Below are positions 62,845 through 64,000 of a DNA stretch of 64,000 bases, piece after piece (position 1 is the stretch's first letter; each line of letters starts with the position of its first letter). The stretch covers positions 62,001-126,000 of IMG/VR virus record IMGVR_UViG_3300017991_000001; one strand, written 5' to 3'. Under the pieces are notes generated by a model. That model worked only from the letters and a program-made list of their open reading frames with translations. It was not told the DNA's origin and ran no database searches. The position numbers and the translations under genes are program-made.

Positions 62845-63774
62845 ATGGCTGACACTCCGATGTTCAACCCGATTGACATGCAAAACAATCGGATCAAGAA
62901 CCTGCCCGCTCCCGTCGACGATGACGATCCGTTGCGCAAGGTCGACCAGTCTTCCGGCCCAACCGGGGTTACGGGGGCCACCGGCGCCTCGGGCGCGGCC
63001 GGTACGGACGGCGTGACAGGCGTGACGGGTGCCACCGGCGCGGCCGGTGTTACGGGCGTGACCGGGGTCTCGGGCGCGGCCGGTACGGACGGTGTCACGG
63101 GTGTGACCGGAGCCACAGGCTCCGCAGGGGCTCAGGGTGTGACCGGCGTGACTGGTGCTACAGGTTCCGCCGGGTCAGCGGGAGCGCAAGGCGTGACCGG
63201 CGTGACCGGTGCCACGGGCTCGGCGGGTGCTGCCGGCGCCACGGGTGTGACCGGTGCGCAAGGCGTGACCGGCGTGACCGGTGCGACCGGTCTTGGCGTG
63301 ACCGGCGTGACCGGGGCCACGGGCTCAGCGGGTTCCGTTGGCGCGACAGGCGCCACCGGGGCCACCGGTGCCACAGGACCGGCCATCAACGCCACGGAGT
63401 CCGCAATCGGTTCGGTTGAGCTGGCTACTGAGGCCGAAGCTAAGGCTGGTGCTACAGGCGCTGGTAGTGTGGGTCCGCTGGCCGTACGCCCCATTCATCT
63501 GATGGTATACCGCGACCCGAACTATGGTACGCTTATCGCCCGCGCAAACCTGACACCGCCGGCCTCAACTCCGTATGCCCGAGGCTCCTACGCTGTCGAA
63601 CTTCAGTCTGAGATCAACGCCGACGATCAGGTGGCCTATGGGGCCTATGATGTAGTGGTTGGCAGTCGGAATAAGAGTACCCTCGGCAGTTACGCCAACG
63701 TCGTTCATGGGCGAGCCAATTCCTGCGAGGGCGGTGACAACTTCGTTTTCGGCACGTCAAACAGCATCGGCTAG
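62845..63774 (+). CDS. Collagen-like (Gly-X-Thr) fibre protein
   Basis: [15 protein letters not shown]-terminus, 47 G-X-Y triplets, GxxN-rich C-terminus. Confidence 0.8.
   Translation: MADTPMFNPIDMQNNRIKNLPAPVDDDDPLRKVDQSSGPTGVTGATGASGAAGTDGVTGVTGATGAAGVTGVTGVSGAAGTDGVTGVTGATGSAGAQGVTGVTGATGSAGSAGAQGVTGVTGATGSAGAAGATGVTGAQGVTGVTGATGLGVTGVTGATGSAGSVGATGATGATGATGPAINATESAIGSVELATEAEAKAGATGAGSVGPLAVRPIHLMVYRDPNYGTLIARANLTPPASTPYARGSYAVELQSEINADDQVAYGAYDVVVGSRNKSTLGSYANVVHGRANSCEGGDNFVFGTSNSIG
62956..63384 (+). repeat. Collagen triplet repeat region
   Basis: 47 triplets with one G-L interruption; mostly GVT/GAT. Confidence 0.9.
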
Positions 63775-63799
63775 GTCGGGGTTCACTAGGAGATAGATC

Positions 63800-64000
63800 A
63801 TGGTCATCATTTTCGGTTCCGACATGAACACGATTACGGGACGGTCCAACCAAATCCCGGCGGCCGTGAATCGAAACGCAATCTTGAGCTGTTACAACGT
63901 GTACGCAGCCGGCTCGTACAACTTTCTGGCCAACGTATACGGCTATGTCAAGGTCTCCGGGTCCAACAACGTCATTGCCGCGAGCTACACGTCGAACTCG
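63800..64000 (+). CDS. 5' part of probable fibre/structural protein (runs off window)
   Basis: AGGAG RBS; G/S/N-rich, open to the window end. Confidence 0.45.
   Translation, partial: MVIIFGSDMNTITGRSNQIPAAVNRNAILSCYNVYAAGSYNFLANVYGYVKVSGSNNVIAASYTSNS

Noticed and set aside
62956-63384. Non-coding tandem DNA repeat or replication iterons
   Set aside because: The 9-nt periodicity is fully explained by Gly-X-Y codons with synonymous variation.
1-64000. Genome-wide stop codon reassignment (TGA=Trp or TAG=Gln)
   Set aside because: TGA, TAG and TAA all end well-formed genes and form ATGA/TGATG/TAATG overlaps, and Trp is TGG. Only one internal TGA has family-level support.
63772-64000. TAG read-through extending the collagen fibre
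   Set aside because: The same frame hits a second TAG after four codons and then reads as non-protein-like; the downstream ORF is in another frame with its own RBS.

Overview
This looks like a 64 kb slice of a large, GC-rich dsDNA bacteriophage or phage-like genome. It has about 125 short, tightly overlapping genes, all but one on the + strand, and uses the standard genetic code. From left to right: (i) an accessory region of small hypothetical genes with a sulfotransferase, NADAR, a nucleoside 2-deoxyribosyltransferase-like gene and methyltransferases; (ii) three tandem paralog arrays of unknown function (13 CxxC/CxC genes at 16.7-21.6 kb, 7 'GAPW' genes at 32.7-36.4 kb, 5 'EADQL' genes at 36.8-38.3 kb), in which the conserved 3' end of each gene often encodes the ribosome-binding site and/or start codon of the next; (iii) a glycan-modification toolkit (three GT9-like glycosyltransferases, GT2- and GT-B-like enzymes, methyltransferases, a cupin and a stand-alone HldE-type heptose kinase), plus a metacaspase and a permuted papain-like amidase; (iv) a complete tmRNA with a readable ALAA-ending tag; (v) a gene the ORF track misses, an Rdx/SelW-family selenoprotein with a CxxU motif, in-frame UGA and a bacterial SECIS-like hairpin; (vi) DNA metabolism genes (DEDDh exonuclease, RuvC-like resolvase, LigD phosphoesterase-ligase fusion); (vii) the start of a probable structural module (putative portal, repeat-domain proteins, Thr-rich collagen-like fibre). 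No CRISPR array, rRNA, canonical tRNA, integrase or transposase was seen. All functional calls come from motif recognition by eye; no database searches were run.
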